A stretch of DNA of 64,000 bases, taken from NCBI RefSeq assembly GCF_009914755.1, contig NC_060935.1; one strand, given 5' to 3'. Source of the stretch: the human T2T-CHM13v2.0 reference genome, Homo sapiens. Positions 51,801 to 64,000 of this stretch are shown here, in pieces (within the stretch, counting starts at the first letter, position 1; each line of letters opens with the position of its first letter). Under the pieces are notes generated by a model. It did no database searches. It was not told the origin of the DNA and worked only from the letters and a program-made list of their open reading frames with translations. The position numbers were made by a program, and so were the translations under genes.

Positions 51801-53744
51801 TCCAAACCCTTTAGGTGTTCAAAACTAAATGTCTTCTTATCGGGGACATTGTCTAGCTTCTACATTCTTTGGGGCGATCATCCAAAAACGGGAGTTTGAG
51901 ATGAATCTGATAAAGCCCTCAATAAAGAAGTGAGATTTGAAGGTAAAGGAGGTCCAAGAGAATTGAGGGAATTATATACCCCAGAAGAGATCCTGGAGAA
52001 CTAGATCAAAAACAGGAGAAGTCACAGGTCTGAATGAAGAGAAGCTGAATGCACAAAATCCTCAGAAAGATGAAAATTCCTCATAGATGAATTCCAAAGT
52101 CTTGACCATCCCACCAACTGCTTCATGGTCTTTCCTGTCATTTAATTTGCTCCAAGTAACAAAAAGCAGCCCTGCACCCTCTGTTATTTAACACATTGCA
52201 GGGAACTTAGCTCTTCAGCTTTTTATGAACGGTTTCTTCTCTGAAACATCATATATCTGTAGGAGGTCTTTAAGTGTTAGATTTACTTTTTGTTTCCAAG
52301 GTTTAGCAGCAGCTCATCCACAGATACTACCTTGTAATGGCCTAAAGACATCCCCTGAGAACAGAGGTGAAGAGCTGAGAAAACCTTTCCTTACATGCCT
52401 AGGAAAAGTGACTACAAGGAAATGCTTTCCTCCTGGGTTCAATCCTGAAAGCCACTTCTCTGCAAGTCCTTGCAGAAGGTGGAGAGGGGAAATCCAGTGG
52501 AATCCAGAGGGGAAATAACATCCTTACAGGTCAAAGAACAAAAGAGAAGGAGAGAAAGGCATGGAATGAATGAATGGGATTTTGCTACTACACTATTTCC
52601 TGAGTGCACACAACTGCCTGCCCAGACCCAACACCAAAAGGCAGGAGGGGACAGCTGCAAGAGCCGTGTGCACCTTCCAGGTCCCCGTGGGACACCAGGA
52701 CTGCAGTCTTGCGTGCACCCAGCTTCTGGGCTCCATCCATCCTCCCTGCATTCCAGCATAAGGTCCCAGGTTCTCACCCCACTGGTAGGTCAGTGCTAAA
52801 AAAGATTATCACCAACAGGAAGGGACAGAAGCCTGAGAAGCCGACCACGTAGTTCAAATGTGTCAGCTCCATGAAGTTCTACCCAAAGTCTCCCAGATGA
52901 CTCACTGCCACTACCCCCTTGGACACACCCTCTGTTTCCATCACTGAGTGCAGAACAGTTCAACCAGCTTGTCTGTAGCCACAGCCCCTAGAAACTTGGG
53001 CACTGATTCAAATCCCCATGAACAAATTCCAAAGTTGGGAAATGGGGCAAAAAACAAACCAAACAAAAAGAAGAGGCCACTTGTTTGTGAGATTTTTCCC
53101 AGGCTCACTATTTCATGCATGTGAGGACCTGTGCTGGGGGTCTGGGGTCTTCGCCTAGTGAGAGGCCTTAGGTAGGTTGGCCAACAGGAGATGTTGTTGG
53201 ACAGTCCGAGCAGAGGTTCCTCCCCTGTCAACACATGTGCTCACTGTTAAAGTGAGCCCCAGCTTTCTGTTTCTGTTTATTTGTCTGGAGTTGTGTTGTT
53301 TTATTAACCAGAAACTTGAAAAGGAGGCTGTCTTTGTTGTGTTGCCATTTGGCAGAAGACTAGAGGTTACAGTAGCAAGTGGAGCCTAAACATTTTTTTT
53401 AATCTCGATGAAAGTTGCTTCCAGATAAAAAAACTATATCCGATTCCCTGTCTCCCATTGAACCTCTGAAGGACTTCCCACACCTTACCTTCAAATAACA
53501 GAACCTCAGCCAACAAAAATGGAAAAACATAAATTTTTGCACGTAAAATGAAAAATCAGAGAGTGCAGACAGGCCTGTGTCAACAGGATATTTTTAGCCA
53601 TCAGTGAATTTTTTAAATGAAGTTTTAAGACATTTAAAAATGTCCTCTGCACATGGGGCTGGGATGTGCTTTTTAGGATCTTTGCTACCCTTAGCTATCT
53701 GACCTCATTTTCAGCAGTGCATCAGATCCCCATTTAAAAGACTA

Positions 53745-53881
53745 GGACCTAGTGTGGTGGCCCACTCCTGTAATCCCAGCAATTCGAGAGGCTGAGGAGG
53801 GAGGATTGCTTGAGCCCAAGAGTTCGAGACCAGCCTGGGCAACATAGCAAGACCCATTCACTTAAAAAAAATTATAAATAA
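53745..53881 (+). mobile_element. FLAM (free left Alu monomer)
   Basis: ggaggattgcttgagcccaagagttcgagaccagcctgggcaacatag; TSD aaaagactagga. Confidence 0.88.
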
Positions 53882-55193
53882 AAAAGACTAGGAAAATAGA
53901 GGCCAAGATGAGGGAGAATGATGTACATAAGCTCTTAGTAATTGGAAGGCAGAGGTGAATATCTAGATGCAACAACTCCCTGATAACCACACGTCTTAGG
54001 GCAAAGTCTTTATCATCATTCCTGATTTCATCTCTCAATATTCATTCATTGGCTTTCTTCCTAGAACTTAACCATCATCCCTTTATTGTGCATTTCTTTT
54101 GTCTTTCTCATCACAGCCTGAGTTCCTTATCTCTACGCTTAAAGAAAAAAAGAAATTAAGTGCAGAAAGAGTCCTCCTGCAAGGTTCTCAGAAACTGTGT
54201 CCTTGGATCCCAGCAGAATGGCTTTAAGATAGAGGGTGACCATGATTGATGGGCTCTGGTGCGGCTCACTTGTCTCCAGCCCTGGCCCTTGTGCCAGGAG
54301 AGGAGATGAGTGCAGCAGCTCATTCTTCCCTCTATTTCCCCCAACAGTCACGGGTGGCTAAGTCCCAACAATCAAGCTGTGGCAGTTAGAGGCAGGAAAT
54401 GGAATCAGAGAAGAGAGACTCAAACTTACCCACCATGGAGAACCCAGTGTGCCTCCAGCTCTTCCAGGTCCCAAAGCCCCTGGCCAGATTTGCACCTGAA
54501 CAAATCCTCTAGGGCTCAGATGGCCTGTTGCTTTTCCTGAACTCCTTTGAGCCTGTGTCTGGATCCCCACTAGCTGGAGCTGCTTAGATTTTTCCAAGGA
54601 GCTGTCCTGAGCTTCCTGCATGCAGAAGTGACACCATAGGATCAAGTTGTGCACAAAATTCTGGCCTGAGAGTCAGGCCATGTGGTCCCAGCCTTTCTCC
54701 TGACCACATGAAAAACTCAGAAGACAAATTGCTTCACTTTGGTTCTCAGTTTTCACCAACTCTGACATATGATGGATCTGAAAGTAGAAGGACAGAGTCC
54801 TATGGACCCAGTAAGAGATGCCTTTTGCCAGCACCTAATATTCAAGAGTTATTTTCTGTGGCTAGTGCTGCCTTTGATCAAATAGAACATGTGTATGGAA
54901 GCTGTAGAGATGACACTAACACTAATACCTACATGGTGAATATTGGGGGCTCAAGAGAGGCAACTTTTCCTACACTAATACAGGAGTAAGGAGGGAGTCG
55001 GAGACTTTTTTAAGTAGCTAAAGAGGATTGTTTATAAACTGGACTAGATTAACTCCTAAGGCCAAACACAATTCACTTTTCAACATGCCACAATGTGTGT
55101 GTGCATGCATACCTGTAAGCTGAAAGATTTCTTACATTAATAAATAGTTCAAGAATACTATTGGGTTACCATGTAGCCTAGCTTGGTTTAAAA

Positions 55194-55237
55194 GTGAGTC
55201 AGCAATCAGTCACTTATACTTTCTGTTTTTCTGATAA
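55194..55237. promoter_or_regulatory. MARE/ARE + GATA composite
   Basis: GTGAGTCAGCA 55194-55204; TGATAA ~55232. Confidence 0.4.
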
Positions 55238-55444
55238 ATGGTAATTTATGAATACTTCCCTATATGGAGACTGATTTCAATGCAAATAGTTTAGCAATTT
55301 TTTTATTAGACATTTTCCTGGTGATGTTACTACTTTTCAGAATAAGTAGACTTTGGCAACTATAGCTACTAAAAGCTGTAGAATTTAGTATAATCATATT
55401 TCATCAATTAAGTAAAAGAGGACATTTAAGGCAAAAATATACTT

Positions 55445-55700
55445 ATTAATAGAGCTAATATTAAGGATTAATTTCCAGATACGTGCTAAGTGCTTTAATA
55501 CAGAACATAATTTAACCTTTATTAGAAACCTTCAAGATGGTTGCTATTACCTATTCTTATTTCAATAGTGAGAAAAATACAGCTTGCAAATGTTAAGTAA
55601 CTGTCCAGGGTCACAGAGCTCATAAGGAGCAGAACCCTTACAGAAGCCTAGGTCTGTTTGGCCCAAAGCTGGAATCTTCACCACCACACCATATTGCCTC
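55445..55700 (-). mobile_element. MIR
   Basis: gtgctaagtgcttt...gttaagtaactgtccagggtcacagagct. Confidence 0.65.
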
Positions 55701-56670
55701 ACAAAACAGTTAGTAATGTTAGTTCAATGCTAATTACTGAATCATTCTTTACAGCACTATTAGCCAATCAAGTTTTTGACTCCTTAATATATGTTCAACT
55801 TCCTATAGATCTTTTTCAGGGAGTCTTCTAGTGAGAAAAAAGGAATGACTAACTTTTTAATTGCAAATGTAATCGAAATATGGGCACAAATAAGTCTCTG
55901 TATGTACAGCATTACATGATTTTTCACATCTCACTTTGGAGACATAGTACCCTTAATTTCTTAATAATCCAGAGGAAATTTATGTTACTTTGTACCTCAA
56001 TACTGAACCATTTATGTGACATTAGATATTGATATTCGCAGCCCATCTTAGCCATTTGTAACAAAATTAAGCAAAATATCATGACATGATGCATTAATAA
56101 ACAGCAATGTTGTGCATATAACTTCCTTAAAAGATGCACTCAAACGTTAACATTTTTAAATATTACTGAGGTGTCAACTTTTCTCAGTTTTGTCTACAGA
56201 TTCAACACAATCCCAATCACAAGTCCAGTAGGTTTTTTGAGATATTGAAAAGGCAATTCTAAAATTTATATGGAAAGGCAAAAGTACTAGAGTATCAAAC
56301 AATTTTGCAAAAGAACAAAATCAGAGAGCTCACGCTATCCATTCACACTATGGCTTTGAGGCATACTATGAAGTTACCATAATCAAGCACTGTGTTGCTC
56401 TTTGAAAAAGGATAAGCATATAGATCAATGGAATAGAGTAGACAATCTATAAGCGGACCCACACAAACGTGGTCAACTGATTTTTGACAAAGTACAAAAT
56501 GCCACTCAATGGAAAAAAGTAGGCTTTTTAGCAAATCATACTAGAACACTTAGATGTCTGTATGCAAAATAAGCTAAGTAGTTAACTAATAAACCACTAC
56601 ATATGCCTCATACCTTATACAAAATTTAATTTAAAACAAATCAAAGGCTTAAATATAAAACTTAAAACTA

Positions 56671-56789
56671 GGCTGGGTGCAGTGGCTCACACCTGTAGTC
56701 CCAAAACTGAGGCAGGAGGATTTCTTGAGCCCAGGAGTTTAAGACCAGCCTGGGTATCAGGGTGAAACACTTTCTCTTAGAAAAAAAAA
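56671..56789 (+). mobile_element. FLAM
   Basis: Alu monomer with TSD TTAAAACTA. Confidence 0.85.
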
Positions 56790-58254
56790 TTAAAACTATC
56801 AAACTTCTAGAAGAAAACATAAGAGTATATCTGCATGGCCTTGAGTGTGGCAAGGCATTTTTAGATATGAGAGCAAAAGCAAGATTCATAAAATAAAGAA
56901 ATAAAAATTGTACTTTATCAAAATTTAAAACCTTTGTTCTGAGAAAGACACTGTTAAGAAAAGCAGAAGACAAGCCATAAATGATGAAAATGTTAGCAAA
57001 CATAAATCTGATAAAGTATTTGTTTTCAGAGCATATATTTTTATAGAACCCTCAAAACTCAACAATATGAAAAATAAAATACTGGACAAAAGATCTAAAC
57101 AAGAGGGGATACATGAATGACAAGTATACCTATTAAAAGATGTTCAGCATCATTAATCATTTAAGGAAATTCTAATTAACACCAAGGGTTGGTAAATATT
57201 AAGATTAAGAGCAACTCTGAAATCTGCAGGTGGGAATGCCAAACAGTACAGCCACTTCAGAAAACAATATGGCATTTTTTTGTAAAGTTAAACATTCACT
57301 TGCCATAAAACTCAAAAATTCTACTCCTAGGTATTTACCTAAACAAATTGAAAACTTACATATTATCAAAAACCTGTACCTCCAATAGCTTTGTTCATGT
57401 TCACCGATTTGGTGAGAAATTGAACAAACAAAATTTGGATAAACAAAATATGATACATCTATGCAGTGGAATACTACTCAGCAATGAAAAGGAACAAGTT
57501 ATTAATTCATTCACACAACACTAATGAATAATAAATGCATTTTTCTAAGTGAAAGAGCAAATCCAGATCCCAAAGGCTACGTATTGTGTGATTCCATTTA
57601 CATGACTTTATGAAATAGATAAAACTACAGGGAAGGAAAACAAAACAGTAGTTACCAGGGGTTGTGGGTGGAGAAAGAGGCAGCACAAAAGAATCTGGGG
57701 GATGATGGAGCTGTTGTACAAGATGGTGACGCTACACATTTTTCAAAACCTGTAGAACTGTACACCACAAAAAGTAAATTTTATGATATATAAATATTAA
57801 ATGTATGTAAATATTAAATATATGTAAATATTTGTAAATATTAAACATAACCTCAATTTCAAGAGAATACAAGATGAAATAAAGACTACAGCAACTGAAT
57901 CTAACTGTATTGTAGATAGCAAACACTTTGAAGGGTTGATAAAGAAAAGAGATGATCTAAATAACTTTGGAAAACAGGTGTTTTGATCAGATGCTGTAAG
58001 GCTGAAAACAAAAAGAGCTATGCACAAACATTTGCATTTCTTTCTCCCAGGAGTATAAATTAGCAATTTTGAAACTACAGGTATGAAATGGTTGAACAAA
58101 TAAGTAAATATATTGTTGATAGGAAGTGCCAGATTTCTCACTCTTGGGGAAATAGATTACAAATAATCAAAGAGGAAATTCTAGAATGAACACTGTGTTA
58201 TTGGGTTGGCTTTGGAGGCGTCAGCATTAATCCATTTTTAACATATATACAAAT

Positions 58255-58636
58255 TGGTATGTTCTCAATTGTGTCCTCCCAAAATTTATAGGTTGAAAGC
58301 CTAATCCCCCGTGTGACTGTGTATTTGGAGTTAGGGCCTATAAGGAGGTAATTCAAGTTAAATGAGATCTTCAGGGTGGACCTTAATCCAGTATGACTGG
58401 TCTCCTTATAAGGAGAGGAAGTAATCAAGAAGGCAAGTGCACAGAACAAAGGCCAAGTGAGGACCCAAGGGGAAGGCAGCCTTTTGAAAGCCAAGCAGAA
58501 GGCTTGAAGAGAAACCAAACCAACCGATGCCTTGATCTTGGACATCGGGCCTCCAGAACTGTGAGAAATAAATTTCTCTTGTTTAAGATGCCCAATCTGG
58601 CATTTTGTTATGGCAATCATAGCCAACCAAGATACA
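58255..58636 (+). mobile_element. MLT1B-like LTR
   Basis: aattgtgtcctcccaaaattt...ccttaatccagtatgactggt...cctccagaactgtgagaaataaatttc...aagataca. Confidence 0.88.
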
Positions 58637-59441
58637 AACAAACACAAAGATATAGAAAAATCTATGTATATATTTAGGTTAGTATACACACATACATTTC
58701 CTTGTGGGTCTGCTGAGGGACCTTAGAAGCAGTGGCACCAATTCAGCAATGAGCACACCTAACTCCCAAGTCTTGGTTCCTAAGTACCATTCTCCAATGA
58801 AAGAAACCAGAGATTTTGGGGAAAGCAATTGATTCCAGGGCTGGGGCAGGGAAAATACAAGAGGATCCTAGAGTATCTTAAGGCACCAGAAAGTAAGGAA
58901 GTGCTAAAGAAAAAAATTGAAAAAGATAGGACACATCAAATGGAAGAAGAAGTCAACCTGGAAGAGCTCTCAAAGAGCAAAGTCAGAACATATGAGCAAC
59001 AAAATATATTATGAGAGGAATGGATTTCAATCCAGAAAATAAAACAAATATCCATGAGTGAGTCCATACTGATGTTGATAGATTATTAAATAAATAAATA
59101 AATAGAGAGAAGGAACAACTCTTCCTTAGAAAGGAATTCCATTACTGAATGTAAAAGGAATTAGTGCAAGCACTCCTAGACCACCACAGTAATTATTGCT
59201 TAAGGTAAAATCCACCACTGAATGTTAAAACCAATGAGCAAAAGAGTAAGAAGAAAGAGGATATTTGTGTAGCTTCCAAGTATCTCCCCTCAAAATGCTT
59301 TTTAATTGCAAAATATCTTCTCCCAACTTCTTATTAACTGCAAAAGAAAAAATAGCAACTTTACAGTGGCCTCTGGCCAAAAGCAGTTTGATGAAGTGAT
59401 CAAGGTTAACATCATAATACTAAGATCAATGTCATGTACCC

Positions 59442-59794
59442 TGATATGGTTTGGCTGTGTCCCCACCCAAATCTCATCTTGAATTGTAGCTCCCACAATT
59501 CCCGCGTGTCATGAGAGAGACCTGGTGGGAGATAATTGAATTTTGGGGGCAGGTCTTTCCTATGCTGTTCTCATGGTACTGAATAAGTCTCATAAGAAGT
59601 GATGGCTTTATAAAGGGATTTCCTTGCACAAATTCTCTGATCTGCCACCATGTAGGATGTGTCTTTTGCCTTCCACCATGGTTGTGAGGCCTCCCCAGCC
59701 ATGTGGAACTGTGAAGCCATTAAACCTCTTTTTCTTTATAAATTCCCCAGTCTTGGGTATGCCTTTATCAGCAACATGAAAATGGGCTAATACA
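59442..59794 (+). mobile_element. THE1 (B/C-like) solo LTR
   Basis: tgatatggtttggctgtgtccccacccaaatctc...ctaataca; perfect TSD TACCC. Confidence 0.93.
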
Positions 59795-60697
59795 TACCCC
59801 CCAGCATGAGTGCTGCACATCACCTCTGTGCTGTTCTGCAAAATATGTAACTTTAATCATGAGAAAACACCAAACAAACCCAAATACCCTATAAGGTATT
59901 ATCTGGCCGATGCGTTTCAAAAATATCAAGGTCTTGAAAGAGAAGAAACGACTGAGGAACTAGCATAGACTAAGGAGACTAAGGACACCTGACAATTAAA
60001 TGCAGGGATTGGACCTTGGACCAGAATGAAAACCAATGTAGAAAAACTAATGAAATCTGAGTACTATCCAGTTAAATGCATTGTATGAATACTAAATTTT
60101 GATCATGGCACCATGGTTATAAAATATGGTAACATTAGGGGAAGCTGGGTGAAGTGTATGCCTGAACTATCTGTCCCGTCTTTGCAACTCTTCCTCCTGA
60201 GATGAAAGGAAGAGAAATAACAGGCAAAACTGAATCTTTTAAACTTGGAAAGAAGGAAGAGAGTTATGGAAATCAGTTAATTGGTATTATTAGTGAACAA
60301 CCTTCACTACCACCTAAAGTGAATGGAAAATCGATCTATTTCATAGGACATGTTGATAGAAACTCAACCAGCAAACATGAGATTAGAAGTTAAACAATGC
60401 AAGTGAGCTCTAGCCCGGCCCTGTGGCTCTCCCTGCAAAGTCTGATCAATTACTTAATGTTGCTGGGACTCAGCTTTTTCACATGAGGCTCAGTTTTCAC
60501 CACATTAAAGATGGTGATAACACTAATGATATCCCTTAGGGAAACAACATATTTAAGCTGTGCCATGGAAAAAGAGGTAATTTCTGTTTGCGATTCTGTT
60601 TCTTCATCTGGAAAATTGAGCACAGGTTTCTCTCAGGTCCTGTCTAGTTACATGTACCTCTAAGTGCTCCATAAAATATATTATATAAATGTTGTAA

Positions 60698-60811
60698 ACC
60701 TAGATGATGGGTTGATAGGTGCAGCAAACCACCACAGCACATGTACACCTAGGTAACAAACCTGTGTGTTCTGCACACGTATCCCAGAACTTAAAGTAAA
60801 ATAATAAATAA
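60698..60811 (+). mobile_element. Very short 5'-truncated L1PA (7-10-like) 3' end
   Basis: gatgggttgataggtgcagcaaaccacc...cccagaacttaaagtaaaat; 13-bp TSD ATAAATGTTGTAA at 60685-60697 and 60812-60824. Confidence 0.9.
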
Positions 60812-62938
60812 ATAAATGTTGTAATAGAAGAACAAGATCAGATTTTCTATATTCACTCATATCTTTCTTTGACGAAAGTAAAATGTGAGCTTTTTTATGT
60901 CCATGGGTGGCTTTTCAATAGCACATGTATTAAAACTTAAGTAAAATTTACTCTAAAGATAAATATGAGAGGTGGAAGGGGACAATTCCCTTTACAAAAG
61001 CATTTTTGATTTATAAAGTTTTTAAAATGCTGAACCATGATATTTGTATAACTGTTTTCCAAAGGCAAAAAATGTAACTTAATTGTGATATAACCAATTA
61101 TTAATTGATGCCACTGATATACTTGATATCAGCTGCATCACTAATGTCAGCTGTGTACCCATGGAACACACATATGGTAAATCTGTATATCTGCATCTGT
61201 GTGTGTATATTCAAACAAGTAACTGTGGGATGGAGGTTATTTTATATGTTAGAATATCATATTAAAAATGTGCCTGGAAAATAACCCACTCCTTAGCTCT
61301 GACTCACATCATTGTTGATCTTGGTGGGTGCCACTGTCCTACCCAGCAGTTGCAAGGGAGCTGAAGTGAGAGGGCCTAAACACCAGCAATGTGTTCCCTT
61401 CATTTCTGTCCCCACTGGGGCAGGCAGGAAATGCCAGCCTCCTCACAGGAAAGCCTGTTGTGGTGAGATTTCCCGATTTACTATATAAATGCAAGAAAGC
61501 CAGATACAGGAGGAGATAAGTGCTCAAGGTTGTGAGTGCTTATCATCTCATGGGGTTCTGGGCCCCACAGTCATGGCCAGTTTCTCTTGTAGGGATGCAG
61601 GCCAAAATTCAGTTTGGTTCCAAGTGGAAAGAACTGTGCAACTGAAATATGCCAGTCATCAGACGACAACCATTCCAAACAACTTGCTGGCTATTCACCC
61701 TGAGTGATATCCTTTCTTTAGCAAATTAAGAGAACTTCACTCTTTGCCTTGACTGCACATCGGGCTTACCTGATGCTGGGGTTGTAAAAAAGATTGCGGT
61801 GTCTGGTTCTCTAAGCTAATAGCTGAAGTCATGATACCTACTCGACTGTTGCCTCTGTTGACCTGTGACATTTTCAGTAGGAACACTCTTCTTGGCTCTG
61901 ATGTTTTACTACTGATGACACTTAAGTAAAACATTTAGTGGAATGAAAAGGATAGAGACCTCAAAAGAACAAGACAGTCAAGCGAGTGGCAAGCTGAGAG
62001 AATAAAGGACATGTTGAATTAGCTCAATTTTTAATCAAGCACGCTCTAGGAGCTACCCAGGCCAACTCACTCTCTGGTCAGAGCTTGGGGAGGGGAGTGG
62101 TAAGGGTTGGTGAAGGAGAAGACTATTTCTTCAGGGTCCACTTCACTCTACGCCTCCTCTTCTAGTCAATTTCTGTAAAGTAGAACCCCTGATAATTATC
62201 ACCTAAAGAAGCAGCTTCAGGATGTATATAGACAGGGAACTATAATTTCCTACTCTTTCTGTCTCCACATTACCAATCACTTTGAAGCAATGAAAATTTC
62301 AGAGTCAAATACTCAGCTCGTCTGTGTGTCTAATCTTTTAAAAAGAGAAAATAGGATTTGGATAAACATCTATGCCCCTCTTTCCCTCCAACAAAAATCT
62401 AGGAGAAACTTCAGCTCACAAAATCTGATTTTAAAACACACTAAGAAAATAAAAACATGTCCTTTACATTTGATCTCTTATCTAGGGAAGCCAGGTTCCC
62501 TCAGAGGGACTCTCAAGGCTGTGAGTCCCCAGTGTTTATTGTGTTTAGTGGGCCACATTGTTTCGTGTTCAGCTGTGAAATGCATTGAAGTACTACTGAG
62601 TGGTCATGCTGTCTCTCTGGGACCCCACTGTCCCCTGTCTGTCAAAGTTGAGGGTAATAATAATAATCAAACATCAGACATCAGACCAATATTTAATCAG
62701 ACAAGTATTTATGCAGCATCTTTTCTCTCTAGAAGTTAGAAGCACTTGACCAAACATATCTCAGTTCTCCAAAGACTGTCCTTAAGCACTAGTGCACTAG
62801 CATTAGGGATATCATGTATACCTTCTCATTCAACTATCTCCTCATGCTTCACCCCACTCCTACCAGCCCCATTAAGAAATATACCTAAAACCTTTATGTC
62901 AAATGTAATTGGCATTGGTGCAGCTTGACTTCTAGCAA

Positions 62939-62939
62939 G

Positions 62940-62982
<43 letters not shown>

Positions 62983-63031
62983 TCCTTCTTTCTTCTTTCT
63001 TTCTTTCTTCTTTCTCTCTCTCTCTTTTTTT
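62939..63031 (+). repeat. (CTTT)n/(CT)n microsatellite
   Basis: Direct observation. Confidence 0.9.
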
Positions 63032-64000
63032 TAAATTAAGGTCAGAAAGAAAGGAAGAGGAAAAAGATAATGGCATCTATGCTCTGGTTAACGTTGTTCT
63101 CTATTAACCTCAGTGGCTACAGTATGTTTTGTATTTCTGTGGCACTTTTCTCAAAGGTGTCCCAAAGGATTTGGGGTTTTTTCCAACTAACACAATCATC
63201 TTCCACCTCAAAGTCTCAATGGGTGGACCAGTTGTCCCACTTATGCAATTATGTTTTGGATCCTTTAAAGTGGCTGATTCATTTCCCATCAAACTGTAAT
63301 GTCATGCTTTTTCTACAAGGAGTCCCAAACTTTATGCTTTCTTTTAATTCTGTTCTCTTTCCTCCTTTTCAGGGTTGAGTAAGGCCAGATTGATAAAGAA
63401 AAGATAGCAATCTTTGCAAATCTTTGCCTTCTCATCAATAGCAAAGTGATATTACTCAGGTCCTTTTCACTCCTTTCTCCCCAGGACACACGAATGAATG
63501 ACTGATTCCATCAGAAAAAGCATTCCACTCTTAAGAATCATACTGAAATTATTGCAAAGGATTAATTCCATAGTTTTTAAACAGGAGCAGCAATGGAGAA
63601 TATTTCCCAATAACCTGAAAAAATATATAACCATAGATGAAACTAGCAATGTGCTCCTTAGAATTATGTAATTTTAAGCTAGAATAGGCCTCAGAGATTA
63701 TGTAATAAAATATAATAAATTAATTGATGTTTATGAAGAGACAAACTTGAGAAGAAAAATTTGCTAAGGGAGTTGGAGGGATGAAAATACAGTACATAAA
63801 ACTTTGGTCTTAGAACTCCTCTTTGCTTTAATGCATAATCTTATTTGTCCTCCAATAACCTGACCTCTGCATCCTCAATCCTAGGGCACATTACATATGC
63901 TTGATTTATGAATGGGAGGAGGGTAAATCTGTTTGCTTGTGGGAGAACTTTTCTGCTATACCGGTATGAATGGCAGATCCCTCGCCCCAGCAGCCCCTCT

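Larger units (their letters stand above)
56190..60195 (+). mobile_element. L1MD/MC-like 3' half with nested FLAM, MLT1 and THE1
   Basis: acagattcaacacaatccc...atagatcaatggaatag...ggaatactactcagcaatgaaaagg; long 3'UTR ending ggtaacattaggggaagctgggtgaag...tttgcaactc. Confidence 0.8.

Noticed and set aside
58198-58689. 163-aa ORF
   Set aside because: Antisense reading of the MLT1B LTR

Overview
Primate (very likely human) intergenic euchromatin, judged from Alu, L1PA, THE1, MIR and L2 content. There are no prokaryotic features, CRISPR arrays, rRNA or tRNA genes, and no protein-coding gene I can name. The first ~14 kb is repeat-poor and regulatory. It holds (1) a minus-strand multi-exon transcript model whose splice sites join a 78-aa spliced small ORF missed by the ORF track, preceded by uORFs; (2) two promoter-like motif clusters; (3) an ~850-bp 3'UTR-like retrocopy with a 16-bp target-site duplication (TSD); (4) a locally triplicated GATA-centred enhancer module; and (5) a strong CTCF motif closing the cluster. 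The rest is mostly transposon fossil: a full-length dead L1PA15/16-like element with a six-unit 5'UTR array, four THE1 LTRs, MLT1/MLT2/MER21/MER57 LTRs, Alus/FLAMs, L2/MIR/L1M, MER5A, MER20 and MADE1, plus scattered GATA/AP-1/MARE/STAT motif clusters. Repeat subfamily names come from recalled consensus sequences and need RepeatMasker confirmation. Boundaries of old elements are approximate.
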